Origin: Selaginella moellendorffii
Taxonomy: Eukaryota; Plantae; Lycopodiophyta
DNA length: 64,000 bases
Direction: 5' to 3'
Assembly: GCF_000143415.4 (NCBI RefSeq)
Contig: NW_003314265.1
Coordinates: 3,344,443-3,408,442 of the forward strand
Position 1 is the first letter of the stretch; the number at the start of each line of letters is the position of its first letter. A model generated the notes under the pieces. The model was not told the DNA's origin, did not search any database, and saw only the letters and a program-made list of their open reading frames with translations. Positions 1-13,679 of the stretch are shown here, piece by piece. Made by a program: the position numbers and the translations under genes.

Positions 1-139
1 AGTCTATATTTGTACAGTAAAGCTAGTGTTCATTCATAATAGCAATAGCCACATACATGCATATGTGCAAGATAAAATGGATTTAATTGTGTGTATGGGT
101 GATTTTGAGCTTAAGCTCTAAATATTGTAAATGGTGCTA

Positions 140-2300
140 AATCAAACTTTTAACTTCATCTTTGGTATGAATTGGCTGCAAGACAATCATGCCAAAGATA
201 ACTTTAAAACTTCTCCCCCTTATTACATACATTTTTATATTTTTTTATTTCTCTCACTTCTATTTCATTTAGTCTTTTTGTTTTTACTTCAACTTTCATC
301 ATTTTTGTCTCTCCATTACTTTTTACTTTATTTCCTTCTTGTTTTGTTATTCCCTTTCTAGATCTCTCAAACAGTCTTTATGCTGCAAGAGTTGACCAAT
401 TCAAACTATGCTGCAAGAGTTGACCAATTCAAACAAAGTATATTGATCTTTTCAACTTTTACTTGTTATATGGGGCTAAAATTGTATTGTGTCATCCTAT
501 TTCAACTAAGGATGCTCATCTAATTGGTTACTTAAGGAGATCAAAATCTTACAAATAAATGTGTAAAAGATGTTAGAAAAAAGTGCTATTTGAAAGTCTT
601 AGAGTCTTTGGCGTGCGAAACTCATCTTGTGATGAAGTGTAATGGGAGTATTCATATCAATTATCATTCATTAAATGATGTGACAACTCCGGATATATAC
701 CATTATCCCCATACTAATCTTTTAAATCATTTGAGGTAAAATTATTGGTTCATAAAGTTAAATCTTGCTTTTGGGTACTGATATTTAAAAAGGATGTTTC
801 TAACACTATTTTCTGTACTTCATTTAGTTTAGGGTAGTTTGTATGAGTTTTTGGTGATGCTGCTTAGATTAAATAATATTTTGATGACATTTTTATAAAT
901 GATAAATGAGGTTTTTTGTGATATGTTAGAAGAGATTGAGTAAGGCTTTTCTACTTGTACTCATATTCTTGCCCTTATCTGCAAAATAATGACAAACAAA
1001 CAAAGACAAGAATATAGAAGAAGAGAAAGAAGAAAAAGAAGAAGATAAAAGAGAATTCAACCTTGAACCCCAAAGGCATAAATAAAGATAAACATATATC
1101 ACTCTCGCAACTCTATTTTGCACAAATAGTCAATAGGTGGGAGAAAAAATGGTTAATTTAATGCAAATGCATACAATAATGAGTGGGGATTGTTTTCCAG
1201 CACATCTAAGTGTTACTTATATACTACATAATTTTATAACTAATTTTAACTACTTCTTGTTTGTTTATGACGAGTGTTGCTTAAGTCGAGTTTTTCTTCT
1301 TTAAATGCCTAAACTTATGTATAATTCCATTTCATCAAAGCTTTCTTCTTTTGCTCTACTTAGGATGATACATAAGATACCTCTTCATTAGAGATTATTG
1401 ACTTATCATTCACTCTCAAGGGATGTGGGAGGAGCATGTTTGTGATTTTCACAAGATGTTGGATCAATTGCAAAAAATTGATTTAAAGTTAAAATAGTCG
1501 AAGTGTATGTTTAAGTTTAAGGACACAATTTATCTTGGATACCACATTTCTTGTGAAAGTTTGTAAGTTGATTTTAATAAATTTGTAACTGTTTTGAAAT
1601 TCTTTATTCTGAAGTGTGTGAATAATGTATAATCCATTATTAGCAAGGTGCATTATTCTAATATTTTTATTAATCAATTTATGATTATATTACACCATTG
1701 TGAGTGTTGTTGAAGTCATCTACATCATTTTTTATTTGGTTTGAGAACTATAAGTAGAGATTTGTGGATCTTAAAGAAGTGTTGATGACTTTTTCAATTT
1801 TAGCTTATCTTAACTACACTTGACTTTTCATCTTGCATATAAATGATGTAAAAGAGCATAAATGTGCCTGATTAATATCATCCCATTTGTATATCAATTG
1901 TACATTACAATTAGTGGAGGTAAATTATTATAATAGAAAAAAAGTGTCTAGTAGTTATTTGGGGTTTTGAGAAGTTTTATGTGAACTTGGATATTTTCAT
2001 ACATTGTTATAGGGTGATCATGCCGTGGTTACTTCATTATTCAAGCAAAACTATCTAGTGGGCTCTAAAATTTCAAATATATAACTTTGAGATTCTTTAT
2101 TGCTTGGTTGATACTGACACTCTTTCTCAAGTTCTTCTTCCTTGTTTACTATCTTCTTATATTCTTGATGAACTTCTTTCAGCATTAGTGCATTTTCTAG
2201 ATAAAAATTTCATGTCACTAGCAATTGTTATATTTGATATTCAATGTCCATAAGGTGTATAACTTGATTTACCTTCTCTTAAAGAAGTTTAGGAGGACAT
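140..2300 (+). pseudogene. Highly decayed Ty3/Gypsy pol relic
   Basis: Remnant motifs: GMNWLQ (~165, end of protease) and YEFLVMLLRLNN (~842-877, cf. RT YEFLVMPFGLTN). Many stops, AT-rich. Boundaries approximate. Confidence 0.6.
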
Positions 2301-3907
2301 CTGTTGATGGATTAATAATATTAAGAAATTATATATTTAATATTTTAATATTCTTAATGCTAAAATATATATACTTTATTCCTTGATTTTGAGTAATACT
2401 ATGTTGAATGACCTCTGAAAGTCCAAATTCAGGAGCTTACAAGAATCTATTTATTGATAGACATGAAAGTTTGTAAATGTTTCAATAATATATGAAATAC
2501 ATCTATAATTAATATAATTCTTAAATAAAATTAGTCCATATAAACCTTTCAAATACCAACTGATAAAAAAAAATAATAAAATTTTAAAACAGTTCTAGCA
2601 TTAATTTCCACCAATACTAGATATTTTATACTCTCATCTATTATTAAATATATCAATCAGACATGTTATATCAATATAGAATTAATAATTAGATATATTT
2701 ACAGCTTGTGTAGAAACTTTAATGAAAGTTTAACATCTAGTATATTTGTTTTGAGGAAGCCTAAACTATAGTAAATAAATAAAAAACTTTTGGAAGATAT
2801 AAAATTTTACATGTATATAATAAATATATAAAATAAAATAAGTTTATATTAATGATTTTAATATTTTAATAGTTTCACTACTTTTTTCTTTATTTAAATT
2901 TCTGTCAACAGAAGACAATAAATTCTTAGAATCCTGTTTTGCTTTTTTTTTTTCTAATTTGGAGAAGTTATATTAAATAAATGAATACATATTTTTTTGG
3001 TTTGCTTAAGAAAACCTATAAGTGGTGGTGGATATACCTACTTGGAATATTTTAGGATGTTCTACTATCTAATGGTTGTTATTCTTTTCAATTAATCTTG
3101 TATTTATAAATTATAAACATGTTTAAATTTAAAAATGTTTTAAACAGCATATTCTCATTTATTCCACCATATATGATATGTAATAATTTTAATCTTGTAA
3201 TTGCAAATTATAAATATATTTATAATTTAAACTTTCATTTGTCATTAAGATTAAGAAATGGGAATAACACTAATATTAAACAAACCAGATATTTTTGCAT
3301 GTTATATACAGAAAGGTTTTATATATTCTTAGATATAATTTTCTTATTCTAAATTTAAAATTCTATTAAAACTTCCTAATACCTTCTTACGTGAGAATTA
3401 TTTAGTTCTGACTAAGTGTTGATTATGCATAGCTAGCCTCTTCAATGCATGCTCAGAGTTGTTGGTTAAATGCATTGATGAGTTTATTGCGGTTGAGTTA
3501 GATTTGAGTGGTCATTTAGTTTATGTTTGTCCATGAACCTTTATCTCGTACTTGAGGTATTACATTCATGTTGGACAAGTATATGACTCGATAGCATGAG
3601 TTTAGTGTTGGGTCTTATGAAAGTAAGTTGAAATAGTGATTGTTAGTTGTTTGCGACTAGTGATTGTTTGTAGACTTCGTCGGGGATTGTTAACACTTGC
3701 TTCGCTCGATGAAGATTTATTAGTGATAAATTTGCTTTACCGGATGGTGTTCCAGAGGATCGTGTCGTTAAACTTACATGGTTTTTCTATATTGGCATAT
3801 CAACTCTACCTCTATCGATATCATTTAGTTACGTTTAGTTTGTACTGTTGAATTTCATTGAGTCTTGGATGTGGTGAATCACTCCTTGATGATGTATTAT
3901 CTGTAGC

Positions 3908-5284
3908 TATAGCACACGTGGTTTTTATGCTTTATCCTATGGTGATTTACCATAGGATAACACCATGAAGCAGAACTTAAACCCTCTTTGTGCCACGTGA
4001 CAGATGCCATGTGTCACATGCCACGTGTATTAAGGAATGTGGTGCAGAACTTGAGCTTTAGGACCTTGGGCCACTAAACGAAGGAACGGTGCCAAACTCC
4101 CAAGCATAGAGCCAAGGAGTGATGGAATTGGTCCATGGAGCAACTCCCAAGCATTCAGCCCAAGGAGCGAAGGGATAGGAGCTTGAAGCGACTTGGAATA
4201 GTCCTAGAGTAACCAGCATCCTAATGCCAGGACCAGCACGCAAAACGGAGCCAAACGGAGTCTAGCGCTATTTCGGCATACCGGTGGCCTAACACGAGAA
4301 CATGGGTACTCCACCAGCTAGCATGGAATGGAACTTGGGCTTAGATGCAAGCCGGACGCAAAACAAGGACAAGCACACAAGCGGAAGCTACACTATGCCT
4401 TAAGTTGGTTGGCCATGCCCGACCTACCCACTATCCCTACTATACATTTGGAACCCCCCCACAGGCCCCCCCCCCCCTTCAGGAACACACGCTTTAGGCT
4501 TTCACCCCAAGCCTCCCTTAGTATCAGGAGTTAATCTCTAGGACAAGCTCAAAACTTACTAAATATGGAATGGCACTAGAATGCAAATTTAGGCCAATCT
4601 CTACATTCCGTAGATATGCCAAATGAGCAAATTTGGACACTTTCCATAAATAACATTTGGGACCGAAATGAGACTAACACAAAGGGCATGATAGCAAGGG
4701 TGTTTGGCAGACACGGTAAGCTATCATGTAGCGATATTGAGGGACCAATCTCAATACACAAGGGTTCTTGTCAAGCCAGTGCAAGACAGAGCAAAAGAGA
4801 ATTAAAAAGCCAAGCCAAGTATGCTTGGCTGAATAGACACTTAGGAATTCCGTCCTTATGCTCATCTGGCCAAGTACAGATGCAAAGTCTAGTTTACTAA
4901 CACTTGAACAAGAGGGGCTGATAAAGGGTCCAGCAATACCAACCTCCTGCCATCGTGGCAGTAAGGTAAGAGTGTCCGTAAGGATTGGCCGATAGGTAGC
5001 TTTCGATACCCGAAATCACATTCGCAACACTCAATGCAAGACAGAGCAAAAGAGAACTAAAAAGCCAAGCCAAGTATGTTTGGCTGAATAAACATTTAGG
5101 AATTCCGTCCTTATGCTCATCTGGCCAAGTACAGATGTAAAGTCCAATTTACTAACACTTGAACAAGAGGGGCTGATAAAGGGTCCAGCAATACCGACTT
5201 CCTGCCATCGTGGCAGTAAGGTAAGAGTGTCCGTAAGGACTGGCCGGTAGGTAACTTTCGATACCTGAAGTTACATTCGCGACA
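3908..5284 (-). mobile_element. Solo LTR of family A with a ~250-bp terminal tandem duplication
   Basis: Homologous to the LTRs at 45998 and 51630. 5-bp TSD GTAGC at 3903-3907 and 5285-5289. Segment 4780-5029 is repeated at 5035-5284. Confidence 0.9.
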
Positions 5285-7284
5285 GTAGCTGGTAATGTTA
5301 AGGAATTGGTCTCGGATACTGACTAAGGTATCTTCGACTTTGGTTAACTTGGTTGCTAGAGAGCTTTGAGTGATGATTCACTCGTGCTTTCTTCTAACTT
5401 TGTTATAGTGTTGATGGCATTAAAGTGATGCCTTGTCGTTGACATTGTTGATGTTGAGACTCGAGTGATATGAAATGTCTCTCCTTAGGATTGATATTGA
5501 GTTTCACTAGTCTTCATGAAGATCGTATTGATGATTTAGCTTTAGCTTTGTGTTGTTGGCATTCATGCATTTGCTAATTAGTAACTATATTAACATTCAA
5601 ATAAACTGAGTGGCAAGTTGAATTAATTATGTTCTAGACGAGATTATTTAGTAGGGGTTGAGTTTGAGCTTTTCCTTGAAAAGTGATTTAGTTGTAGACA
5701 ATGCTAACTCTACAAAAAGAAGAGTTAATGATTGATATTGGAATATTTGAATCTTTATTAGATTTGAGTTGAAATATATTGATCATTGATGATTCTTCTT
5801 GTGCTTGTGGTGAAGTGAGTTACGTCTTGCTATAGATGGATTCATGGAGGATTGTTTAATGATCACTTGTTGAGCATAGCTTTGTTATGCTTAATTTTTG
5901 GATTGATGTAGATATGCTCTTCATTAGCTTGCATTATGAAGTTTAGCTTATGAATATGTTGAGAAGGATATTATTTGTTATACCATGATTTCTTCTTTAG
6001 CATTAAAGTTAGTTCATGCAAGACTCGTGATCATTGCTAAACAAGACTTAGCTATAGGCTTTTTTGAACTTTTGGTTCCTTAAGTTTTTATATTTATGGT
6101 CTATTTGTTAGAAATTATTGGAGAAGGCATTTTGGCTTATTAGCTTCAATGTTGAAGTTAGTATTTTGCATTTAACAATCATTAGTGATGATTGACTATC
6201 AACTAGAGTAATTAATTATCCTTATCAAAGGTTTTGCTTGATTATTGTTGATCTAGAATGATTTGTTGTTTTTCGGGATGGTGGATTCTTTCTTCAATGA
6301 TGATTGTACATCTCTCTATTGATAGGATGATTGATAATTTTTCATGATGGTTAGTTGTTCTTTTTGATAGCTTATGGCTTTTCGCAATACCACATATTTT
6401 TTGTGATTTGCTTTGGATTGGTCTTTTGAGTTTGAGGCATTAGTAGAATGTTACTAACACTTGCTTAAGCAACTTAGGTTTCTTCATATTGTTGACCGAT
6501 TTATTTAGTTTGGCTGGTGGGATAGTTGGCATGAACGAGTGTGTGTTAGTTTTACCACATTCATTCTATTCTATTGATTGTTGCTTGAGTTAACTTTAAT
6601 AGATTAGGATGTTATTTCCTTCGGGTGATACAATCACGTGCATTTTGCTTGCCAATCAATGATAATTTGTGATCTTTTAGTTGTCTTTTGTCTATTGTTT
6701 AGCATGCTATCTACAATCTTTGATAGTTAAATTTTTATCATTGAGTTTACTTGATGATATATTTGTTATTGAATTTTGTTGGATGGTGAATTCTATATTT
6801 TTCTACTCTGATGATCTCAATGGTTTCTATACTCTACTACTTGTTTATCGGATGATAACTTACTTAGAATACTTTTGTGTTCTAATACCAGATTTATTCA
6901 CTAATAATTAAGTCTCTAAGATATCATTGTCTATGACTTTGATATTATCCCTCTATGAATCTTTGAGTTTGGGCTAGTATAGGCAAATTAGCTTCAACAC
7001 TTCATGTGCATGGTGAAATCTTTAGTCATGGGGTAGCTACTATCGACTAGTCACATAACCCGCCTTTTTGTCGATGTTTCTTATTCCATTAAAAGGGTGT
7101 GACCATGTAAACAACTCTAACTACCTATTTACAGTAGTCTATTTAAACCTTACAGATAGATTAGTTGGTGTATTTCTCACATAATGTGATCACTATGAAC
7201 TTTTTCTAGAGTTGTTTCCTTACTGGTGATCTAGACTCGAGTATATATCGACGAGGATGTTAATCTTCCCTAAGAGGGGGAGAA

Positions 7285-8118
7285 TGTCGCAAATGTGACT
7301 TCAGGTATCGAAGTTACCTGTTGGCTAGTCCTTTCGGATATTTTTTCTTTACTACCATGACGGCAAAAGGTTAGTATTGCTGGATCCTTTATCAGTCTCC
7401 GCCTAAGGTAGTTGAGAAACTGATCATCACATATGCACATAGATTGGAAGGGCATTAAGGAAGGAAATCTTAAGTTGTCATTTAGTCAAACATACTTGAC
7501 ATGGTGATAAGAAACTCATGATGTTGACTTAGTGTTGAGAACCCCCGCGATATTAAAATTATTCTCTCAATATTCACTAGATGGGGGACTCCAAATGTAT
7601 AGTAGGGATAATGGGTAGGTCAAGCATAACCAACAAACCTAAAGTATAGTTTAGCTCCCACTTGCATGTCTATCCTTATTTTATGTCCAGCTTGGGTCTA
7701 AGCCTAAACTCCACATCATGCTAGCTGGTGGAGTACCTATATCCTTGCGTTAGGCCACCGGTATGCTGAAATAACGCCAAACTCTGTTTAGCTCTGTTTT
7801 GCGTGTTAGTTCTAGCATTAGGATGCTGAATACTCTAAGATTGTTCCAAGTTACTCTATGCTTCTATCCCTTCACTCTTTGGGTTATATGCTTAAGAATT
7901 GTTCTATGGTCCGGTTCCTTCGCTCCTCAGCTCCATGCTTGGGAGTTTGGCACCGTTCCTTCGTTCAGTGGCCCAAGGCTTTGAAATTTGGGTTTCACAC
8001 CACTGTCCTTTGGACACATAGCATATGACACGTGGCATATAGAGGGTTTAGGTTCCGCTTTGTGGTTATCCTACGGTAAATCACCATAAGATAAAAGCTA
8101 AAAACCATATGCACTACA
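7285..8118 (+). repeat. 3' LTR, family A variant
   Basis: TG...CA ends, preceded by a PPT. Reverse-complement match to the family A LTR except for a divergent ~7400-7580 segment. Confidence 0.85.
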
Positions 8119-8189
8119 CAAAAGATATAACCTTATAAGTGATATAGAGAGATAAGCCAAAGGCCCCAATCCTCATGAGCAAACAAACC

Positions 8190-8830
8190 AATGTGTTTCT
8201 ACAACTTCTGAAACAGTAATTGCAAGTGTTTCAAATGATCTTTTAATGTTTCATTGAATACTATATATTATTAATACATAAGATAACAAATGTGTCCAAA
8301 TAATCTTTAAATATTTTATCCATCATTGTTCTAAACATTGATAGAGCATTATATAGCATAAGTGAGGAACTTATAAGACCAGTAACAAGTTTTAAAAGTT
8401 TTTTTTTCCACATTTTGATCTGCCACCTGTATCTAATGATATCCAGACTATAAATCAAGTTGCAAAAAATATTTAGCCTTTAAAATTTGGTCTAACAAAG
8501 TCATTAATGTGAGGCAAAGGATAATTATTCTTGACTATAATCTTGTTGAGAGCTTAATAATTGATACACATCCTCATAGTACCATCCTTTTTCACAACAA
8601 AAAAGATCGATGCTTCATAAAGCAATTTACTTAATTGGATATAACCTTTTTCAAGGAGTTATGTGAATTATTTCTTGAATTCATTCATCTTCTTAATGTT
8701 CAAATGGTATAAAGCCTTTATAGGTTGTTTATAACCTGAAACAACCTTAATCCGATAATCAACTTCATAGCTAGGGTAGCTTTAATGGCAAATCTTTCAA
8801 AAAGATATGTCCTAATTCATCACCAACAAC
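8190..8830 (-). pseudogene. Decayed Ty3/Gypsy reverse transcriptase fragment
   Basis: Minus strand reads [32 protein letters not shown] (~8500-8600), a classic Gypsy RT motif, with stops. Confidence 0.8.
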
Positions 8831-9290
8831 TCCAATGCCATCCCCCTCAAGCGTGGTTGTCAATTGGACTATTACCAATTGTTTGAAATCTTGTCATACC
8901 ACTCAAATCCTTCCCTTGACCTCATCATCAATTACTATTGGCATCTCTTGCTTATCTATTGTGTTATCCTATTAAGCATCCCTCAAGCTGTTGTTGGGTG
9001 TTGCTTGAAAATGTAAATCTCATCCTCACCTTGGACAAGGATTATATATGAGTTTCTCTCTGGGAGGAATATCAATCACAAAATTTGCTAAAATTTTAGT
9101 TTTTTTCCTCTCATTTGTAAGAGCTCCAAGCCAGGTTTGCCAAATGCAAGCTTCAACAAGCAATTCCAAAGGGAAGTTAATCTATGTTGTGCTCTTATTG
9201 TATACTATGTCTCAGTGCTAGCTTTTTAGCTTTTATTATGGATTTTGTTTCTAAGGTTTTATGATGGTGTTTTAAGCATTTTTTCCAACG

Positions 9291-12266
9291 TTATTTACAG
9301 TTTCCATTTAGACCGGACAACAAGACATAAGGAGCGGAAGTTTTTGTTGGATTGAGCTCCAAAGCTCGTGATGCTGCTCGGATACCCCGCTCAACATGTC
9401 CATAGCTTCTGCAACCAGCTAATAGAGCCAGCCATGCTAAGTCCTCGGGCTGGAAGGGCATGCTGCCAATCAGCTCCTCTGCTTCTTCCAGCTTTCCAGA
9501 CCGGGCAAACAGATCGACCATGCACGTAAAATGCTCCACAGTCTCTTCAACTTCGTAGTCTTGCTTCATCGAGACGAAGTAGTCACAACCAACTTCAACA
9601 AGGCCCGCATGGCTGCAAGCCGAGAGAATGCTGAGGAAGGTGACGTTCTCAGGATGAACGCCTTGGAGCACCATAAGCCTGAAGAAGCTCAGCGTCTGGT
9701 GGCCGCGCCCGTTCTCAGCATAAGCTTGTAGCATCGCAGACCCTGGGATGACACCGACGGTTGGAAGCCTTTCAAAGATGATCCTGGCTCGATCGACACA
9801 GCCACACTTGGAGTAGAGACTCAAAAGGGCATTCTGAAGTTGAGGATGGTGATCCAAGTTGCAACAGGAAATCTCGTCATGAAGAAGTCTGACTTGGGTA
9901 ACTTCGGGAATGGAGGCACAGGCATCGACAACGCTGATGAAGGTTACGTGATCGGGCTGGACACCTTCGGCGTCCATTCTAGCGAAGCTGTGAAGAGCGA
10001 GGCGGCCGTGACCATTGTGAGCGTAAGCCGAGATCAACGCAGTCCACACCACCACGTTCGGCAGAACCACCTTGTCAAAAACGTGCTCTATTTCGTCTAT
10101 GCACCCCCACTTGGAGTACATGGTGATGAGAGAACTGGCTATGGCGGCCCGTGTGTCCAAACCAGCGTCAGTAATGCTCGAGTGGATGACTTTGCCTTCA
10201 GCTCTGGCTTGCACTACTCCACACGCATCGAGAACCGTGGTGTAGGCAATGACGTCCGGCTGGATGCCTTCGAGCAGCATCCGGTGGAAGAGTTGAAGAG
10301 CGCTGGAGCTGAGGTTGTTTTGAGCGAAGGCCGAGATCATCGAAGTCCAAAGAACGACTTCATCGACTTCTTCAGAGTTGCTGCTGTGATCCTGGAAAGA
10401 AGAAAGTCGGCTGTGGCTTTGGCTGATGGCTGCGAAGACGAGCCACGCATCGTGTGGACTCCGGCATTTCCCGTACATGTCGACCAACGAAGCAGCAATG
10501 AGCAGCCTGGAGAACGAGGAGAAACAAGCAGCGTCGAGCTCCTGGTGGATCAACTTTCCTTCGGCAAGAGTTCTTTGGCAGCCGCAGGCTTCCACAATGG
10601 CTGCGAGCGATATCTCGTCAACCCGTGTGCCTTCCAAGTCGAATCGCCAACACAGGTCTGTGATCATCTGTCTTACTGGCCAGCCTTCGACACAAGCTTT
10701 AACCATCGTTGTCCAGGAAGCAGCGTCTGGACACGGCATTCTTTCAAGCAGCTCCCGAGCGTCGAAAATCCGTCCTGAGTTCACATAAGCTTGGATCAGA
10801 GTGCTCCACGCTGCGGCGTCGGAGCTGGGCAGCCTGTCGAAAACCTCCCGGCTCTCGTCAAGCTGACCGCTGTGCACGAAAGCGGTGATGGTGGCGCTCC
10901 AGGATCCAGAGTTCCGTCCAGGCATTCGATCGAACAGGGTCTTGGGATCTTCTTCCAGCTCCTCTCCCGGCTCCGAACTAGCGACAATCAAAGCATTCCA
11001 GGCGACAACGTCCCAGCAAGGCATTCTCCAGAAAACTCTAGCAGAAGAGGTGGCATGCCCGTTCTGGGCATACCCCCACAGCATGGCAGTCCAGGAAACC
11101 AAGTCCCGCTCGGGCATCTCCGCGAAAGCCCGCTCGGCGCCGTCGATGTCTCCCGCGCTGGCGAGCCCGCCGATCATGGCCGTCCACGTGGCCGCGTTCT
11201 TGGAATCCATGGAGAAAAAGACCACCTGGGCTTCGTCCATGTAGCCGTTCCTCGCGAGTGCCCCAACGAGCGCGTTCCAGAGGGAGATCCATCGCTCCGG
11301 CGCTCCATCAGCGGCGATTCGAGCGTCGCCAACGAATCCGTGCTCGCCAAGCGCCGAGACGATGAGCGTCCAGGACACAGAGTCGCGCTGGGGCATCAGA
11401 TCGAAGATGGATTTTGCGCATTCCAGATGCCCGATCGCGGCATGCGCCTGGATCGCGGAATTCCAAGAGACGGCGCTTCGTTGGGACATTCGCGCGAAGA
11501 TTTCTTGGATGGATTCGAGAGCACCGACGCTGGAGAGGGCGGCGATCATGGCGTTGCAAGAGACGGCGTTGTGCTCGGGCATTGAATCGAACACGGAACG
11601 CGCGGCGTCGAGATTCCCTGCGCGGGAATATGCGGCGATGGCGGCGGTGCCGGACACTAGCTCCCGCGCAGGGAGCAGGGAGTATATTCGCTCCACGAGT
11701 GTGGCATCTGCGCTGGGTGCCGAGATCAGGGCCGTCCAGGAGGCGAGGTCTCGGCCGGGCATCGAGTCAAATATTCGCAGTCCTTTGTCGAGATGCCCGT
11801 TTTGGACATATGCGGTAATCATTGCGTTCCAGGATACAACGTTTCGCTGTGGCATATTCGCGAAGAACTGTGATGCTGCCTCCAATTGGCTGTTTTGAGA
11901 GTAGGCACTCAGCATTGTTGTCCAGGAAACCACATTCTTGTCCTGCATCGCATCGAAAGCGCATCTGGCGTCGTGTAGATGCCCGTTTTGGGAATATACT
12001 GCCATTATGATGTTTTGCGAGAAAACGTTTGGATGCCAGATGCGGGCAAGGCAGTCTTGAGCATCTGTGACACTCCCGCACATACCATACATTCTCACCA
12101 GGAGATTCCCAACGACCGTGCCTCGATCTAACCCGAGCTCCGTGACTCTGGCGTGGAGGCTTTTGGCAGCTGCCAAATCTCCTGCGGCCGCGCATTGCTG
12201 GATCATGGATTGAATGCTGATGTTGTTGCTCCATTCCTCTTTTCTTCTTCTGGCCAAGCTGATCAT
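9291..12266 (-). CDS. PLS-class pentatricopeptide repeat protein with C-terminal E domain and no DYW; probable organellar C-to-U RNA-editing specificity factor
   Basis: 991-aa intronless GC-rich ORF. Tandem ~31-aa S-type repeats (e.g. FDSMPGRDLASWTALI), then PLS triplets, P2L2S2 (VTFLSILSACSHAGLV...HFTCMVDLFARSG) and E motifs (MPFQPEDLAWLALLAGC...PYVLLS). Confidence 0.95.
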   Translation of the reverse strand: MISLARRRKEEWSNNISIQSMIQQCAAAGDLAAAKSLHARVTELGLDRGTVVGNLLVRMYGMCGSVTDAQDCLARIWHPNVFSQNIIMAVYSQNGHLHDARCAFDAMQDKNVVSWTTMLSAYSQNSQLEAASQFFANMPQRNVVSWNAMITAYVQNGHLDKGLRIFDSMPGRDLASWTALISAPSADATLVERIYSLLPARELVSGTAAIAAYSRAGNLDAARSVFDSMPEHNAVSCNAMIAALSSVGALESIQEIFARMSQRSAVSWNSAIQAHAAIGHLECAKSIFDLMPQRDSVSWTLIVSALGEHGFVGDARIAADGAPERWISLWNALVGALARNGYMDEAQVVFFSMDSKNAATWTAMIGGLASAGDIDGAERAFAEMPERDLVSWTAMLWGYAQNGHATSSARVFWRMPCWDVVAWNALIVASSEPGEELEEDPKTLFDRMPGRNSGSWSATITAFVHSGQLDESREVFDRLPSSDAAAWSTLIQAYVNSGRIFDARELLERMPCPDAASWTTMVKACVEGWPVRQMITDLCWRFDLEGTRVDEISLAAIVEACGCQRTLAEGKLIHQELDAACFSSFSRLLIAASLVDMYGKCRSPHDAWLVFAAISQSHSRLSSFQDHSSNSEEVDEVVLWTSMISAFAQNNLSSSALQLFHRMLLEGIQPDVIAYTTVLDACGVVQARAEGKVIHSSITDAGLDTRAAIASSLITMYSKWGCIDEIEHVFDKVVLPNVVVWTALISAYAHNGHGRLALHSFARMDAEGVQPDHVTFISVVDACASIPEVTQVRLLHDEISCCNLDHHPQLQNALLSLYSKCGCVDRARIIFERLPTVGVIPGSAMLQAYAENGRGHQTLSFFRLMVLQGVHPENVTFLSILSACSHAGLVEVGCDYFVSMKQDYEVEETVEHFTCMVDLFARSGKLEEAEELIGSMPFQPEDLAWLALLAGCRSYGHVERGIRAASRALELNPTKTSAPYVLLSGLNGNCK

Positions 12267-13679
12267 CCCATGGCAAATTCAATGAGTGGGCCTTGCTTGA
12301 GGCTGATGCAGTATAAGAGATCCTGAAATGCTAGGCACAAGTAGACGGTGCGTTGTTCGTCTAAGGAATCTGCATGTCTTTCCTTGTTGAGGAGCAAAAA
12401 ACCGTGTATATTTCACAGTTTCTATCTGAATAAGGTTTATCGTTGATCTCTCTGTGAGTTCTTTAGCTATGTTCTACTGACCGAAGCCACCCCGAGTCAT
12501 GGCATTGGAGGAACAGGGCGTTAACTAGGCGGCCTTTGCTGTCAAACTGTTAGTCTTGGATCGCGCTAAGCTTATGAAGAGGATGGTCCAATCACATCCC
12601 AAGCGAAGGCAGAAGATTCGATGTGTGGATTGCATGCCACCTGAACAAGTTACCATGTAAGCTGTTTGGGCTTCGTGTCTAGAACATGTTACAAGGGGCA
12701 TTTCTGAGGGCGAAAATGACATTGGAATGTTTTCCAGAACATTGGCTTAGCATGTAAAAGCAGCATGCCTCAGGAGATTTTCATGCGTTGAAGAGGAGCT
12801 ACGCCACTACATGCAGTTCTAAAACCAACTCAGGTTTCTACTAGTTTTGCTTGAGGACGTATTGAAGGATGATGGCAAGATGTAGGACCTAATGCTGTGA
12901 CCATATCGATTGAGTTGGCAAAGATCCATGTGACATCTTCAAACCTTTGGATCCCCGCACTGAAGGTAATATTGAACTTTGAAAAGAAAGAATGTTTTTT
13001 AGTGTGCCATTTCTCCATCTTTGCAAAGTAGCCACCTTACTATTCTTTTAGCATGGTTATTCTTGGACTTGGTCACGTCCTCATGCCACTTGCTAGATCA
13101 AGCAAAATATTTGATTAGGGGAGAGAGAGAGAGGTTTTGGTGTAATTGAGCTAACCTTTGTAAGCATGCTAAATAATTTTTAAAAAACAGTTCAAAGATT
13201 CACATATAAGCACAATAGTTAGATCTTAGTTAGCAATACTAAGGAATTATAATTGCTAAAGTAAGCATTAATGACATCCTATTAATATTTCAAATCTAAA
13301 AGACCAATCCAAATCAAACCACAAATAATATTTAGCAATGTAAAAAGCAAGAAGCCATCAAAATAATAACTATTACAAAACAATGTCAACTATCCATTTT
13401 TTAAAATGGTAGATTCTTCTTCAATATGATTGTGCATCTCTATCAATGGGTCCATTACCAATAATAATCAAGTAAAACTTTTAACAAGGATAATTAATAT
13501 TATGAATATGATTATGGGTATCAAAAGTTATTTAGCATCCAATTCTTTTGGATATTCTTTCCTTTTTGCCACAATGGCAAGAGGTCTATATTGTTGGACA
13601 CTTTATTAATCTTCAGTCAAGCTAATTAAGAAATTGGTCTTTACATATGCACTTGGTCAAAGGAGCATAAGTATGGAAT

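Larger units (their letters stand above)
3370..8118 (+). mobile_element. 5'-truncated copy of non-coding LTR retroelement family A (internal region, PPT, 3' LTR)
   Basis: Internal sequence is the reverse complement of ~47115-49360. PPT AAGAGGGGGAGAA at 7272-7284, then an LTR TGTCGC...ACTACA at 7285-8118. Left boundary approximate. Confidence 0.8.

Noticed and set aside
9531-12010. Several long plus-strand ORFs (up to 312 aa)
   Set aside because: Antisense shadows of the GC-rich PPR gene with no recognisable motifs.
12283-13100. Possible additional gene upstream of the PPR gene
   Set aside because: Moderate GC but no convincing ORF, motif or exon chain.
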